Assembly (NCBI GenBank): GCA_964483585.1
Contig: CAZABH010000002.1
Span: 65,380 to 129,379 of the forward strand
Length of the DNA: 64,000 nt
Source of the DNA: an uncultured Flavobacteriaceae bacterium
GTDB taxonomy: Bacteria; Pseudomonadota; Alphaproteobacteria; Micropepsales; Micropepsaceae
Direction: 5' to 3'
Shown here: positions 46,806-56,069 of the stretch, piece by piece
How the letters are laid out: every line of letters starts with the position of its first letter
Numbering within the stretch: position 1 is the first letter of the stretch
The notes under the pieces: model-generated
Database searches by the model: none
Told to the model about the DNA's origin: nothing
The model's input: the letters and a program-made list of their open reading frames with translations, nothing else
Position numbers and translations under genes: made by a program

Positions 46806-46837
46806 CGGCCAGGCCTCGTGCCTGGCCGTTTGCTATT
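46806..46837 (+). terminator. Rho-independent terminator after the TorF-family gene
   Basis: CGGCCAGGC-ctcgt-GCCTGGCCG followed by TTTGCTATT. Confidence 0.55.
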
Positions 46838-46942
46838 GTCCGCCGCGCTTCCATGGCAATAAGGGCGTGTCGGCTGGTTCGGTATGCCCAGGCGTGCAGG
46901 GCGCCAGCGCAGGCTGCATAAATAAAACAGGCAGAAACCAAG

Positions 46943-48283
46943 ATGGATGAACGCGAACGGCGCATTGCCTCGATCCGCGGAGGGTTCAGCGACCTTGCGC
47001 GCTGGTCCGATGTCCGGAACCTCGAGGCGGCCTGGGAGCCGCGCGCGGTTGCAGCGGCTGCTTTCGTCCCTGCCGGTTCCCGCGTTCTGGATGTTGGTTG
47101 TGGTTCCATGCACCTGGAGCGCAGCCTGCCTTTTGGCTGTACCTATCAGCCTTGCGATATCGTCGCGCGTGACGCGCGAACGCTGGTGGTTGACCTCAAT
47201 GCGGGGCCTCTGCCTGATGCAGCCCTGAAGGCTTGCGATGTCGTCGTCATGCTGGGGGTGTGGGAGTACCTGTTCGATGTCGATGCTCTGATGGCCCAAT
47301 TGGCGCGGGCGGGCAAGATGGTCGTCTGCAGCTATTGCGATACGGGCCTTACTAAAGATGTTGAGCAGCGCCGTGCGCTGGGTTGGGTCAATGATCTTTC
47401 CGTCGATGACTTTCGACGTGCAGCACACGTCCACGGCTATGAGGTCGCTGCTTTCGAAACGCTCGATGGCGTGCAGCGGCTTTTCCGACTGGAGCTGCAG
47501 CCAAAGCCCGATTTTGTGCCCCGGCGGGTCCATGTCCTTGCCTACAACAATCTGGGTAATTTCGGGGACAGGCTTGGGTATCACCTGATCAACGAGGTGC
47601 TACCATCAACGGCCACTGTCACATGGGGTAGGTTGCGCCCATTCGATCCGGTGCCTGCCGACGTCGACCTTCTGGTCGTTGGTATCGGCAATTCGCTCTA
47701 TGGTGAGCTGGTCGACGCACCATTGCTTGACAGCGTTGCGCAGGCGAAGGCCTCGATTGGCATTTTCGGCACCCAGTATCGTGACGCCATGCCCACGCAG
47801 ATGTTCGAACGCCTGGTTTCCAGTCTCACCCATTGGTATGCGCGCTATGAGGAGGATGTCCTTCTCTATGGGCGGGGCCGTGAAAACGTGTCTCACCTTG
47901 GCGACTGGCTGATCAACATGTTTCCCATGACGGTGCCCACGCGGGACCAGCCTTTGCGTATCGGTTCGGAGGCCCTGACCGAGCCCCAGCTGGATCGCAT
48001 GATCCAGCATATCCAGCTTCACAAGCGCGTGTTTTCGAGCCGACTACATACACTGCTGTGCGCGCTGACGAGTGCCGAGCAGGTAGCCTATGCCGAGCAA
48101 CGCGAGATGGATGGCCTGATGGTGTCAGGCAAGTTTCGGTCGCTTCTGAATGATGTGTTCTCGCGCAGCTATCCCGAGCGTGTCTTCTGGGGCGTGGACC
48201 GTTCGCGGGTCGCCCTCTACAAGCAGGCTGTGCGGACGAGGACGGACGCGATGCGTGCACATATCGCGTCGTTGCTGTCATGA
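46943..48283 (+). CDS. Fusion protein: class I SAM-methyltransferase domain + polysaccharide pyruvyl transferase-like domain
   Basis: N-terminal SAM motif I RVLDVGCGS and post-I acidic D at QPCDIV. From about residue 195, HVLAYNNLGNFGDRLG and the C-terminal VFSSRLHTLLCAL resemble the PS_pyruv_trans family (N-x-GD and S-RLH blocks). Confidence 0.55.
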   Translation: MDERERRIASIRGGFSDLARWSDVRNLEAAWEPRAVAAAAFVPAGSRVLDVGCGSMHLERSLPFGCTYQPCDIVARDARTLVVDLNAGPLPDAALKACDVVVMLGVWEYLFDVDALMAQLARAGKMVVCSYCDTGLTKDVEQRRALGWVNDLSVDDFRRAAHVHGYEVAAFETLDGVQRLFRLELQPKPDFVPRRVHVLAYNNLGNFGDRLGYHLINEVLPSTATVTWGRLRPFDPVPADVDLLVVGIGNSLYGELVDAPLLDSVAQAKASIGIFGTQYRDAMPTQMFERLVSSLTHWYARYEEDVLLYGRGRENVSHLGDWLINMFPMTVPTRDQPLRIGSEALTEPQLDRMIQHIQLHKRVFSSRLHTLLCALTSAEQVAYAEQREMDGLMVSGKFRSLLNDVFSRSYPERVFWGVDRSRVALYKQAVRTRTDAMRAHIASLLS

Positions 48284-50641
48284 GGCGAAGAGCTTCAGCC
48301 GTGCCGCGACCTCGTCCCGAACGTGTGCCCATGCTCCGGGAGATGGCTGCCTGAACAGCGTTGACTGTGCGTACCAAGGTGATCTTGAAGTCCCCTCCAT
48401 CCAGCGCCAATCTGCGTTGGATGGAAGAAGGATCCAGGTCGGGATGCCCAGCGCCCCAGCCAGATGGGCGATCGATGTGTCGACTGTCACGACGAGATCC
48501 AGTTCGCTGACCAGTGCGGCTGTCTGCGAGAAGTCGGTCAGGACATCCCGGTAGTCGATGATCCCCGCGTCCGCGAGCGGGATTTCATCGGTCTCGCGGA
48601 CTTCAGGCTGCAGCGACACAATTTCAATGCCCGGAATGGCGGCCAGTGGTGTCAGCGTGGCCATGGGGATCGAGCGCATCGCGTCGTTGGCGTGAAGCGG
48701 GTTGCCTGACCAGCAGAGGCCGATCCTGGGTTTGGTTCGTGGCCCCAGAGCCGATCTCCAGCGCGTACGCAGGCCTTCATCTGCGTGCAGGTAAGGTCCT
48801 TGTGCGAGATCGTCGTGGCTTCGGATGCCAAGGAACCACGGGAGCGACATGAGCGGCAGGACAAGATCCGAGGTGACGCTGTCGGCAAATGTGTGCACGG
48901 CAATGTCTGGATGCAGCGTCGAAAGCAGATCCTTCAGGGGGGCATGTGCCATGATCGACACGCTTGCTGCGTGGTTCAGCAGGCGTGTGGCAAAGCGTGC
49001 GAACTGAAGCACATCACCCAGCCCCTGTTCCGCCTGAAGCAGCAGGTGCTTTCCGGCGAGATCCGCCATGGTGCGAGGTTCGGGTAGCCCATGCGTGTCA
49101 ATCTTCAGGATCGGCTGGTCACCGCGCCGCCGCCACTCATAGGCGGCGAAGCCTTCGTGCAGCCTTCCTGCCGTCAGCAAGGCGAGTGCGCGGTAGTAGT
49201 GCGCTACTGGCGTGTCTGCTGCCTTGACTGCACTGTCGAACGCCGTGATGGCGTCATCGACACGCCGCAGGTCGAGGAGGATGTTGCCTTTCGTGAGGTC
49301 GAAGTCCTGCTCTGTCTGGAACATGCTCTTGTTGGATGCAATCCAGTCCAATGCGGCGCTGGCGTGGCCGCGCTGGGCATTCAGGCACCCCAGGCTTTGC
49401 AGGGCCAGCCAGTTTCGGCTGTCCGTCCTGAAGGCGTGGATAAGGCTTTCGATGGCTTCGTCAAGCCGGCCGAGTTGACGCAGCAGGTTTGCGCGTGTGT
49501 TCCACAGCGTGGTGCTTTCGGGCACGAGCTCGCGCAACTGCTCGCAGTCGGCGAGGGCTTGCCTGAAATTACCAAGGTGGCGGTTCACCTCGAGGCGCCG
49601 TGACATAGCCTGCGTGTCGTTCGGACTGGCGCGGAGTGCTGCGTCGAGTTCGATGCGTGCTTCGACGAAGCGGGACAGCCCCTCGAGCGCGGCAGCCCTG
49701 AGCAAGTGGCTTCGCGGATCCTGGGCTTGGGGGCTCGCGAGAAGTTGCAAGGCCTCGGCGTACTGTCCTGCGGCCACCATTGCCGAGGCAAGCGCGATGC
49801 AGATGTCGCTGCTGGTCGGAGCCAGCGCTTGTGCTTGACGGAAGCTTTGCAAAGCGTAGGCAAGGTCGTGACGCAGCATGTGCGCTTCGCCCTTGAGCAG
49901 CAAGGCCAGGGGTTCCGGGCCTGTGAGGGCCAGTGCTTGGTCGCAGGACGCGATGGCGCCGGCTGCCTCTCCCATTTCAAGGAGGATGCGGGCTCTCGTC
50001 CGGTGGAGGCTTGCCTCTCGGGGCTGGGCGACCAATGTCCTGTCCAGCAGCGCAAGCGCCTCGCTTCGGCGGTCAGCGCGGGACAGCGCTGTCGCCTTCT
50101 GACCAATGATCATGGAGCTGGCCTGACCCTGGCGGAGGATCTCGTCGAAGTCCCTGAGGGCTTCGGAGGTCTTGCCCTGCTCGAGGTTTGCTATGGCCCG
50201 CAGGTTGAGGGCGCCTGTGTTCTGCTTGTCGGCCGCAAGGATGGTGTTGCAGGTCGCAATAACGGCGTCGAAATTCCCTGATTGGAGATGGATCTGCGCC
50301 ATCATCGAGAGGGCTGCTGGTTTGGCCTCGGCCTTCAGGGCGGCTGCACGCTCGAGACATGCGATGGCCTGTGCCAGCCGACCCGTCATACGAAGTGCGC
50401 CCGCGAGGTTCAAAAGAACGCCTGGGTGGGATGGGTCTATGGTGCAGGCTCTGGAGAGCAGGTCCACAGCTGTTTCGGGATCCTGGGCCTGGATGTGCAC
50501 GATCGACATCAGGCTCAGCGCTTCGACGTTGCGTGGATCGCTCGCCAAGATGCCTGCGACGATCCTGCCGGCATCTTCGATGGAACCCTGCCGCAGCAGT
50601 TGCGTGGCCCGGCTGAACTCTTGGCTGAATATCATGTGCAT
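48278..50641 (-). CDS. TPR-repeat protein with C-terminal glycosyltransferase family 9-like domain
   Basis: About 480 aa of TPR-like repeats, then LLLQAEQGLGDVLQFARF and VTVDTSIAHLAGALGIPTWILL (heptosyltransferase-like blocks). Listed ORF extends to 50848 but that overlaps uvrB. ATG at 50641/50635 chosen; no clear RBS. Confidence 0.6.
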   Translation of the reverse strand: MHMIFSQEFSRATQLLRQGSIEDAGRIVAGILASDPRNVEALSLMSIVHIQAQDPETAVDLLSRACTIDPSHPGVLLNLAGALRMTGRLAQAIACLERAAALKAEAKPAALSMMAQIHLQSGNFDAVIATCNTILAADKQNTGALNLRAIANLEQGKTSEALRDFDEILRQGQASSMIIGQKATALSRADRRSEALALLDRTLVAQPREASLHRTRARILLEMGEAAGAIASCDQALALTGPEPLALLLKGEAHMLRHDLAYALQSFRQAQALAPTSSDICIALASAMVAAGQYAEALQLLASPQAQDPRSHLLRAAALEGLSRFVEARIELDAALRASPNDTQAMSRRLEVNRHLGNFRQALADCEQLRELVPESTTLWNTRANLLRQLGRLDEAIESLIHAFRTDSRNWLALQSLGCLNAQRGHASAALDWIASNKSMFQTEQDFDLTKGNILLDLRRVDDAITAFDSAVKAADTPVAHYYRALALLTAGRLHEGFAAYEWRRRGDQPILKIDTHGLPEPRTMADLAGKHLLLQAEQGLGDVLQFARFATRLLNHAASVSIMAHAPLKDLLSTLHPDIAVHTFADSVTSDLVLPLMSLPWFLGIRSHDDLAQGPYLHADEGLRTRWRSALGPRTKPRIGLCWSGNPLHANDAMRSIPMATLTPLAAIPGIEIVSLQPEVRETDEIPLADAGIIDYRDVLTDFSQTAALVSELDLVVTVDTSIAHLAGALGIPTWILLPSNADWRWMEGTSRSPWYAQSTLFRQPSPGAWAHVRDEVAARLKLFAS

Positions 50642-50666
50642 CCATGCTGTCGCTGCGTGGAGGAGG

Positions 50667-52889
50667 TCATCGGCGTCGGCCTCGATTTGGGCGCGACCCC
50701 GGGCGGCCGCCCCGGGAGCCTGGTCTTGCCATGTCGGACGCGGGTTTGCGCGCTGTGGCTTCGGCAGCCTTGTCCTCGACGGCTTCCTGGCGTGCAAAGG
50801 GGTCGTCGGCGATTGCGAGTTCGGTTGCCTGAAGACGTTTGATCTCATCCCTCAGGCGACCTGCTTCCTCAAACTCGAGATCCGAGGCGGCGTCCTTCAT
50901 GCGCTTCTCCAGGTCGGCGATGTGGGCCCTGAGATTGTGGCCAACGAGGTGCTTCTTCCCGCGGTCGCCTGTTTCCACCGTCACATGGTCGCGTTCGTAG
51001 GGGCTCTGGATGATGTCTGCGATCGACTTGCGCACGCTTTCGGGCGTGATGCCATGTTCCTTGTTGTAGGCGTCCTGCTTGGCGCGACGACGGGCGGTCT
51101 CGGCCATGGCGCGCTTCATCGAGTCTGTTTCCTTGTCCGCGTAGAGGATGACGCGGCCGTCGACATTTCGCGCTGCGCGGCCAATCGTCTGGACAAGAGA
51201 CGTCTCGGAGCGCAGGAAACCTTCCTTGTCGGCATCGAGAATGGCGACAAGTGCGCATTCCGGAATGTCGAGACCCTCGCGCAGGAGGTTGATGCCGACC
51301 AGTACGTCGAAGGCGCCCAGCCTCAGGTCGCGGATGATCTCGATGCGCTCCAGCGTGTCGATGTCGGAGTGCATGTAACGGACCCGGATCTTCTGGTCGT
51401 GGAGATACTCGGTCAGATCCTCGGCCATCTTCTTGGTCAGCACCGTGACCAGAACCCGATATCCCTTTGCCGCGACTTCACGGCACTCGGCGACGAGGTC
51501 GTCGACCTGGTGCTCGACGGGACGAATGATCACCGGCGGATCGATCAGGCCTGTCGGACGGATGACCTGCTCGACAAAGACGCCGCCAGTTCGTTCCAGT
51601 TCCCAGGGGCCCGGTGTTGCTGAAACGCTGACGGTCTGGGTGCGCATGGCGTCCCATTCCTCGAATTTCAGCGGCCGGTTGTCCATGCATGAGGGCAGGC
51701 GAAAGCCATAGTCCTGCAGCGTGAACTTGCGGCGGAAGTCGCCACGATACATGCCGCCGATCTGGGGAATGGTAACGTGGCTTTCGTCGGCGAAGACGAT
51801 GGCGTTGTCGGGCAGGTATTCGAACAAGGTCGGTGGCGGTTCGCCGGGTTTGCGCCCGGTGAGCCAGCGCGAATAATTCTCGATGCCCGGGCATGAACCT
51901 GTTGCTTCCATCATCTCGAGATCGAGCATGGTGCGCTGTTCGATACGCTGGGCCTCGAGAAGCTTGCCCTGCGCGTTGAATTCATCGAGACGATGGCGTA
52001 GCTCCTCCTTGATGCCTTTCATGGCCTGTGCCAGCGTCGGCCGCGGTGTGACGTAGTGCGAATTGGCGTAGACCTTGACGGCCTCGAGTTCTGTCGTCTT
52101 CTGGCCCGTGAGAGGGTCAAATTCGTGGATCGCCTCGATCTCGTCGCCAAACATCGAGATGCGCCAGGCCCTGTCCTCGTAGTGGGCGGGGAAGAGTTCG
52201 ACCGTGTCCCCGCGTACGCGGAAGGCGCCACGCGTGAAACTGGCCTCGTTGCGGCGATACTGCAGGGCGACAAGGTTTGCCAGGAGGTCGTTGCGCGAGA
52301 GCCGCTTGCCGGTCTCGACGCTGAAGGTCATTGCCGTGTAGGTTTCAACCGAGCCGATGCCGTAGATGCATGAGACGGAGGCGACGATGATTACGTCATC
52401 GCGCTCTAGGACCACCCGGGTTGCCGCGTGGCGCATGCGGTCGATCTGCTCGTTGATCGAGGATTCCTTCTCGATATAGGTGTCTGTTCGCGGGACGTAG
52501 GCCTCTGGCTGGTAGTAGTCGTAGTAGGAGACGAAGTACTCTACCGCGTTGTTGGGGAAGAAGCTCTTCATCTCGCCGTAGAGCTGGGCGGCCAGTGTCT
52601 TGTTCGGTGCAAGGATCAGGGCCGGGCGCTGGGTGGCCTCGATGACCTTTGCCATCGTGAAGGTCTTGCCGGAACCCGTGACGCCGAGGAGGACCTGGTC
52701 GCGTTCTCCTGCGCTGATGCCTGCGACGAGTTCACGGATGGCCGTCGGCTGGTCGCCCCTGGGTGTCAGTTCAGAGATGACTTCGAAGCGCTTGCCACCC
52801 TCGGATTTCTCGGGACGGTGGGGGCGGTGCGGCACAAACATGGCGGTGGGCGCTTCGGAGAGCGTTTGTGAGCGAGGTTTCGAGGGCAT
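50667..52889 (-). CDS. uvrB: Excinuclease ABC subunit B
   Basis: 740 aa. GDQPTAI, Walker [13 protein letters not shown] box, UVR domain [13 protein letters not shown]. Start may be the internal ATG at 52841. Confidence 0.95.
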   Translation of the reverse strand: MPSKPRSQTLSEAPTAMFVPHRPHRPEKSEGGKRFEVISELTPRGDQPTAIRELVAGISAGERDQVLLGVTGSGKTFTMAKVIEATQRPALILAPNKTLAAQLYGEMKSFFPNNAVEYFVSYYDYYQPEAYVPRTDTYIEKESSINEQIDRMRHAATRVVLERDDVIIVASVSCIYGIGSVETYTAMTFSVETGKRLSRNDLLANLVALQYRRNEASFTRGAFRVRGDTVELFPAHYEDRAWRISMFGDEIEAIHEFDPLTGQKTTELEAVKVYANSHYVTPRPTLAQAMKGIKEELRHRLDEFNAQGKLLEAQRIEQRTMLDLEMMEATGSCPGIENYSRWLTGRKPGEPPPTLFEYLPDNAIVFADESHVTIPQIGGMYRGDFRRKFTLQDYGFRLPSCMDNRPLKFEEWDAMRTQTVSVSATPGPWELERTGGVFVEQVIRPTGLIDPPVIIRPVEHQVDDLVAECREVAAKGYRVLVTVLTKKMAEDLTEYLHDQKIRVRYMHSDIDTLERIEIIRDLRLGAFDVLVGINLLREGLDIPECALVAILDADKEGFLRSETSLVQTIGRAARNVDGRVILYADKETDSMKRAMAETARRRAKQDAYNKEHGITPESVRKSIADIIQSPYERDHVTVETGDRGKKHLVGHNLRAHIADLEKRMKDAASDLEFEEAGRLRDEIKRLQATELAIADDPFARQEAVEDKAAEATARKPASDMARPGSRGGRPGSRPNRGRRR

Positions 52890-52952
52890 TACCCCAGTAT
52901 AGGGTCGCTCGTGGTCCTTGTCATTGCCAGCCCGCAGGCTGGCGTGGTCGCG

Positions 52953-53201
52953 TCACTGCCCAGATACTCCAGCCCGTTGGGCCCGACGCTCTGCATTGCG
53001 CTGTTTTTTTTCTAGCGCCCTGCGTTCGGCCTGTTGGAGCGGGTAACGGATGTCGTCCGGGTGATAGACGATGGACAATCGATCAGCTTCGGTGGCTTGC
53101 TTGTCTGTGCCCGAAAAGAAATACGTACCCATGGCAGCGGATGCTGCGATAGCGATCAACAGGGCGAATGTGATTTCCCGATCCATCGAGCGGTGGCTCA
53201 C
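52953..53201 (-). CDS. Small membrane hypothetical protein (82 aa)
   Basis: One TM helix (ITFALLIAIAASAAMGTYFF) then a basic tail. No family. Coding status uncertain. Confidence 0.3.
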   Translation of the reverse strand: MSHRSMDREITFALLIAIAASAAMGTYFFSGTDKQATEADRLSIVYHPDDIRYPLQQAERRALEKKQRNAERRAQRAGVSGQ

Positions 53202-53262
53202 TGCAATACAGCGTCAGCCTAGTGGATAGCCAGTTAAGGGTTCATCAATGGACTTGTTCGGG

Positions 53263-53847
53263 TTACCACCAGAGGAGCAGCAGAATGCCCAACAGAAGGT
53301 TTATCCCGGAAAGGAACGACAGGAAGATCCGCCTCGCGCCTTGTGTCGCCAGGTCCCAGTTGCGGGCCTGCGCGTAGGCCTGGCCTGTTTCGGCAAGCGC
53401 AAATACGCTGAAGGCCGCGGCAACGGCCTTTAGACCTGCAGGTCCTGCCAGGCCTGTCCACAGTAGGGTCCTGCTGAGCAGGTGGTTTGCTGCGATCAGG
53501 GCGCGTTCAGTGAGGAGTGCGCGCCAAGGTGCTTGTGGACGACCCGCGCCCTTGGCTTGACCGATCCCGGTCGACAGGAGCGCTGGCAGGAGGGCTATCA
53601 GCTCTGCCATCGCGGCACCGAGTGCTGCAACAAGGGATTGGCTCCAGTCTGCCGACCAGAGCCATATGGCCAGCGCAAACAGGCCAAGCTCGCACATCGC
53701 TGACCACAGGCCGGACAAGGGTGCGGCGGCCCAGTCCGGGAGGGGCGGGAGCGTGGAGCGCTGGACATAAAGATCGGCCGACACTTTGAGTGCGACCGCG
53801 AGAACCCAGGTGCCTGCTCCGATAAGGAGCCAATGCCAGATTGTCAT
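53263..53847 (-). CDS. Integral membrane hypothetical protein
   Basis: 194 aa, 5-6 predicted TM helices. No family recognised. Confidence 0.45.
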   Translation of the reverse strand: MTIWHWLLIGAGTWVLAVALKVSADLYVQRSTLPPLPDWAAAPLSGLWSAMCELGLFALAIWLWSADWSQSLVAALGAAMAELIALLPALLSTGIGQAKGAGRPQAPWRALLTERALIAANHLLSRTLLWTGLAGPAGLKAVAAAFSVFALAETGQAYAQARNWDLATQGARRIFLSFLSGINLLLGILLLLWW

Positions 53848-54101
53848 GGGCTGGACTATGTCGGGGGTGGCGACGCCTGTCGAGGTGCTACGAATGTCCC
53901 GTACGGGTCGGTTTTCTGGTTCTCATGTGTGTTTGGCGCCGCTGAATCTTTGCGGGTGAGGCTCTGATGCAACCCCGAGGTTGCCGGCGCGGTGCTATGT
54001 CTTGATATGTCCATATGGACTCGCCTCGATGTTTGTTGGGCGTTGCGAGGTTTCGCGGTCCAGCCTGATAGGCGAAACGTGCTGATGCTGGGGTTTGAGA
54101 C

Positions 54102-55199
54102 ATGGTTCGCAAGATCCTGATCGGTGTTGCTGGTCTGCTGGCGCTTTTGGCGGCAGGTGGTTTTCTTCTGCCGTCCACGGCTCGTGTCGAGCGCTCGACC
54201 GTGGTCAGGGCATCTCCAGAAGAGGTTTTCGTCGTCATCAATGACCTCACCCGGTGGCGGGAGTGGGCCTCGCCCATGGGGGCTGATCCACAAGCGGCCC
54301 TCTCATTATCCGGCCCTCCCATGGGTGTTGGGGCCCGGATTGCCTGGGCCAGTGAGGCGCACGGGTCGGGCAGCGAAGAGATTGTCGAGAGTGAGCCCTT
54401 TTCTGTCATTCGCACGAAGGTTGACGCAGGCGGCGCAGTCGGCGGGCAATCAACGCTTTCGTTTGCGCCTACGATGGGTGGCACCAAGGTCACCTGGGTC
54501 TTCGAGGCCGAACTGGGTCTCAGTCCCATCAGCCGCTACTGGGGGTTGATGATGGACACGCGGCTCGGTCAGCTGCACGAGCGCAGCCTTGCGCGGCTGA
54601 AGGCGCTGGTGGAGCCCCTGGCGGAGGCGAACCTACGAGAGGCGCTCGCGACGGGGTCGGATGTGTCCGGGGTCGTAACGGACTTGCCGGACATGCTCTC
54701 TCCGGCTGACGCCGATCCCGAAAAGGCGCCGCAGGTCGTGTCGGTTGAGGGGCGCAATGTCATCCGCGTGGAGGGGCAGGCGGCTGTTAGTGACGATGCG
54801 GCCATCTCGGCGGCGCTGGGTGACGCTTACGGCAAGATCCTGGTCTTCGCAGAGCAGAACGGGCTGGAGGTCGGCGGGGGCGCGCCGCAGGCGGTTACGC
54901 TTTCAACGGCTGATGGTGTCTGGTCCTTCGAGGCTGCCATGCCGCTGGTCGTGCCGGCTGGCTCGGACTTGGTGGACGTGGAGGGTGTGACTGTTGGCAA
55001 AAGCTATGCAGGTCGGGCCATCAAGTTGACCCACAAGGGGCCATATTCGACGCTGTCCCAAACCTATGAGCGCTTACGTGAATATGCGCGTGAGAATGGG
55101 CTCAAAGAGAAGGGCGTGCTCTGGGAGGAGTATGTGACCGATCCCGCCGAGATGGGGGAGGACTCATTGCTGACGAATGTCTACTTGGCCGTTCAATAG
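54102..55199 (+). CDS. Membrane-anchored SRPBCC (polyketide cyclase/START-like) + GyrI-like domain fusion protein
   Basis: N-terminal TM anchor ILIGVAGLLALLAAGGFLL. SRPBCC-like VERSTVVRASPEEVFVVINDLTRWREW. The C-terminal half (...KLTHKGPYSTLSQTYERLREYARENGL...WEEYVTDP) matches the GyrI-like effector-binding fold. Confidence 0.6.
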   Translation: MVRKILIGVAGLLALLAAGGFLLPSTARVERSTVVRASPEEVFVVINDLTRWREWASPMGADPQAALSLSGPPMGVGARIAWASEAHGSGSEEIVESEPFSVIRTKVDAGGAVGGQSTLSFAPTMGGTKVTWVFEAELGLSPISRYWGLMMDTRLGQLHERSLARLKALVEPLAEANLREALATGSDVSGVVTDLPDMLSPADADPEKAPQVVSVEGRNVIRVEGQAAVSDDAAISAALGDAYGKILVFAEQNGLEVGGGAPQAVTLSTADGVWSFEAAMPLVVPAGSDLVDVEGVTVGKSYAGRAIKLTHKGPYSTLSQTYERLREYARENGLKEKGVLWEEYVTDPAEMGEDSLLTNVYLAVQ

Positions 55200-55222
55200 G
55201 CCTTGTCGCCCCGGCTGTCGCG

Positions 55223-55588
55223 TCAACGCTGCTCGCACTTGTCAGTTTCGTTGCTGCCAGACAGCAGGAGCCTTGCGTTTTCTCCGTTCACCCAGAACAC
55301 GGTCTCTCCGTCGGAGTATTTCCGGCCCTGGTCCGAGGGCATAAGTCGGAGCCTGATGTCGCTGCGGCGCGTTGCCAACGTGATCGTCTTTCCATCTTCG
55401 CCGACCGGGCGGATGACGACGTTGCCGTTGGTTTCACAGAAAAAGGTGGCTGGCCGCGTGTTCATCATTGGCGGGGTGATCAGCGTCGACTGCGTCGGCT
55501 GACCGTCGCCGTCGCTGCTGGAGCATGCCGTCAGCGTCATCAGGGCTGTCAGTGTAGCGAGAGCCTGTGATTTCAGTGAGTTGCGCAC
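55223..55588 (-). CDS. MliC-like lipoprotein (membrane-bound lysozyme inhibitor of C-type lysozyme family)
   Basis: Lipobox MTLTA-C. FFCETNGNVVIRP...LMPSDQGRKYSDGETVFWVNGENARLLL...DKC fits the MliC pattern with its two conserved Cys. Confidence 0.55.
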   Translation of the reverse strand: MRNSLKSQALATLTALMTLTACSSSDGDGQPTQSTLITPPMMNTRPATFFCETNGNVVIRPVGEDGKTITLATRRSDIRLRLMPSDQGRKYSDGETVFWVNGENARLLLSGSNETDKCEQR

Positions 55589-55701
55589 GACGAACCTCTG
55601 CTTTTTTCAGCGATGAGAAAGAGGTAGCAGTTCGTGGCGCTGGCGGGCAAGTCGTGGATTTTCCTGAGCAGGGGGGCTTGGATGCCCCGCAGTCGAGGTG
55701 C

Positions 55702-55980
55702 TTACCGCAATCCCGACTCGACGCGGATCCGGTCGATGGCCGTGCAGTACGACTGGTGATGACCCTTGCTGCCGAAGCTGTCACCAGCCGCGACGATTTG
55801 GAGGCCCAATTCCGCGAGCTCGTGGGGTGCTAACATTCCAGCAGCCTCGGCGGCGTTGAGATCGTCGGCAAGCAGAGAAACTTTCAGGGCAGCGTCCTGC
55901 GCTGTCGAGCATGAGCGTGCAGCCGCTCTCTCGCATGATGCGAGAAACCCGGCGCAGACAATAGCCACGCAGACCTTCAT
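55702..55980 (-). CDS. Small lipoprotein, unknown function
   Basis: ORF 55702..56037. ATG at 55980 gives MKVCVAIVCAGFLAS-C (lipobox). Confidence 0.4.
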   Translation of the reverse strand: MKVCVAIVCAGFLASCERAAARSCSTAQDAALKVSLLADDLNAAEAAGMLAPHELAELGLQIVAAGDSFGSKGHHQSYCTAIDRIRVESGLR

Positions 55981-56069
55981 CAGGTTTTGCAACGAAGCCA
56001 TAAGCTGTTCACCCATCCCCAGCACAGAGTGTTCCACAGAACCCGGGAAAAGGCCAGAGAGCTTGTGCT

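Noticed and set aside
50172-51623. 483-aa plus-strand ORF, among the longest in the track
   Set aside because: It lies antisense to uvrB and the start of the TPR-GT9 gene. Its composition is Arg/Ala/Gly-rich and low in complexity, and it has no recognisable motifs. This is a typical stop-codon-poor shadow frame of a high-GC gene.
52890-53262. Search for an alphaproteobacterial SOS (LexA) box GTTC-N7-GTTC upstream of uvrB, and of uvrC at about 23380-23410
   Set aside because: None found. The closest is GTTCggcctgtTGGA, which lacks the second half-site.
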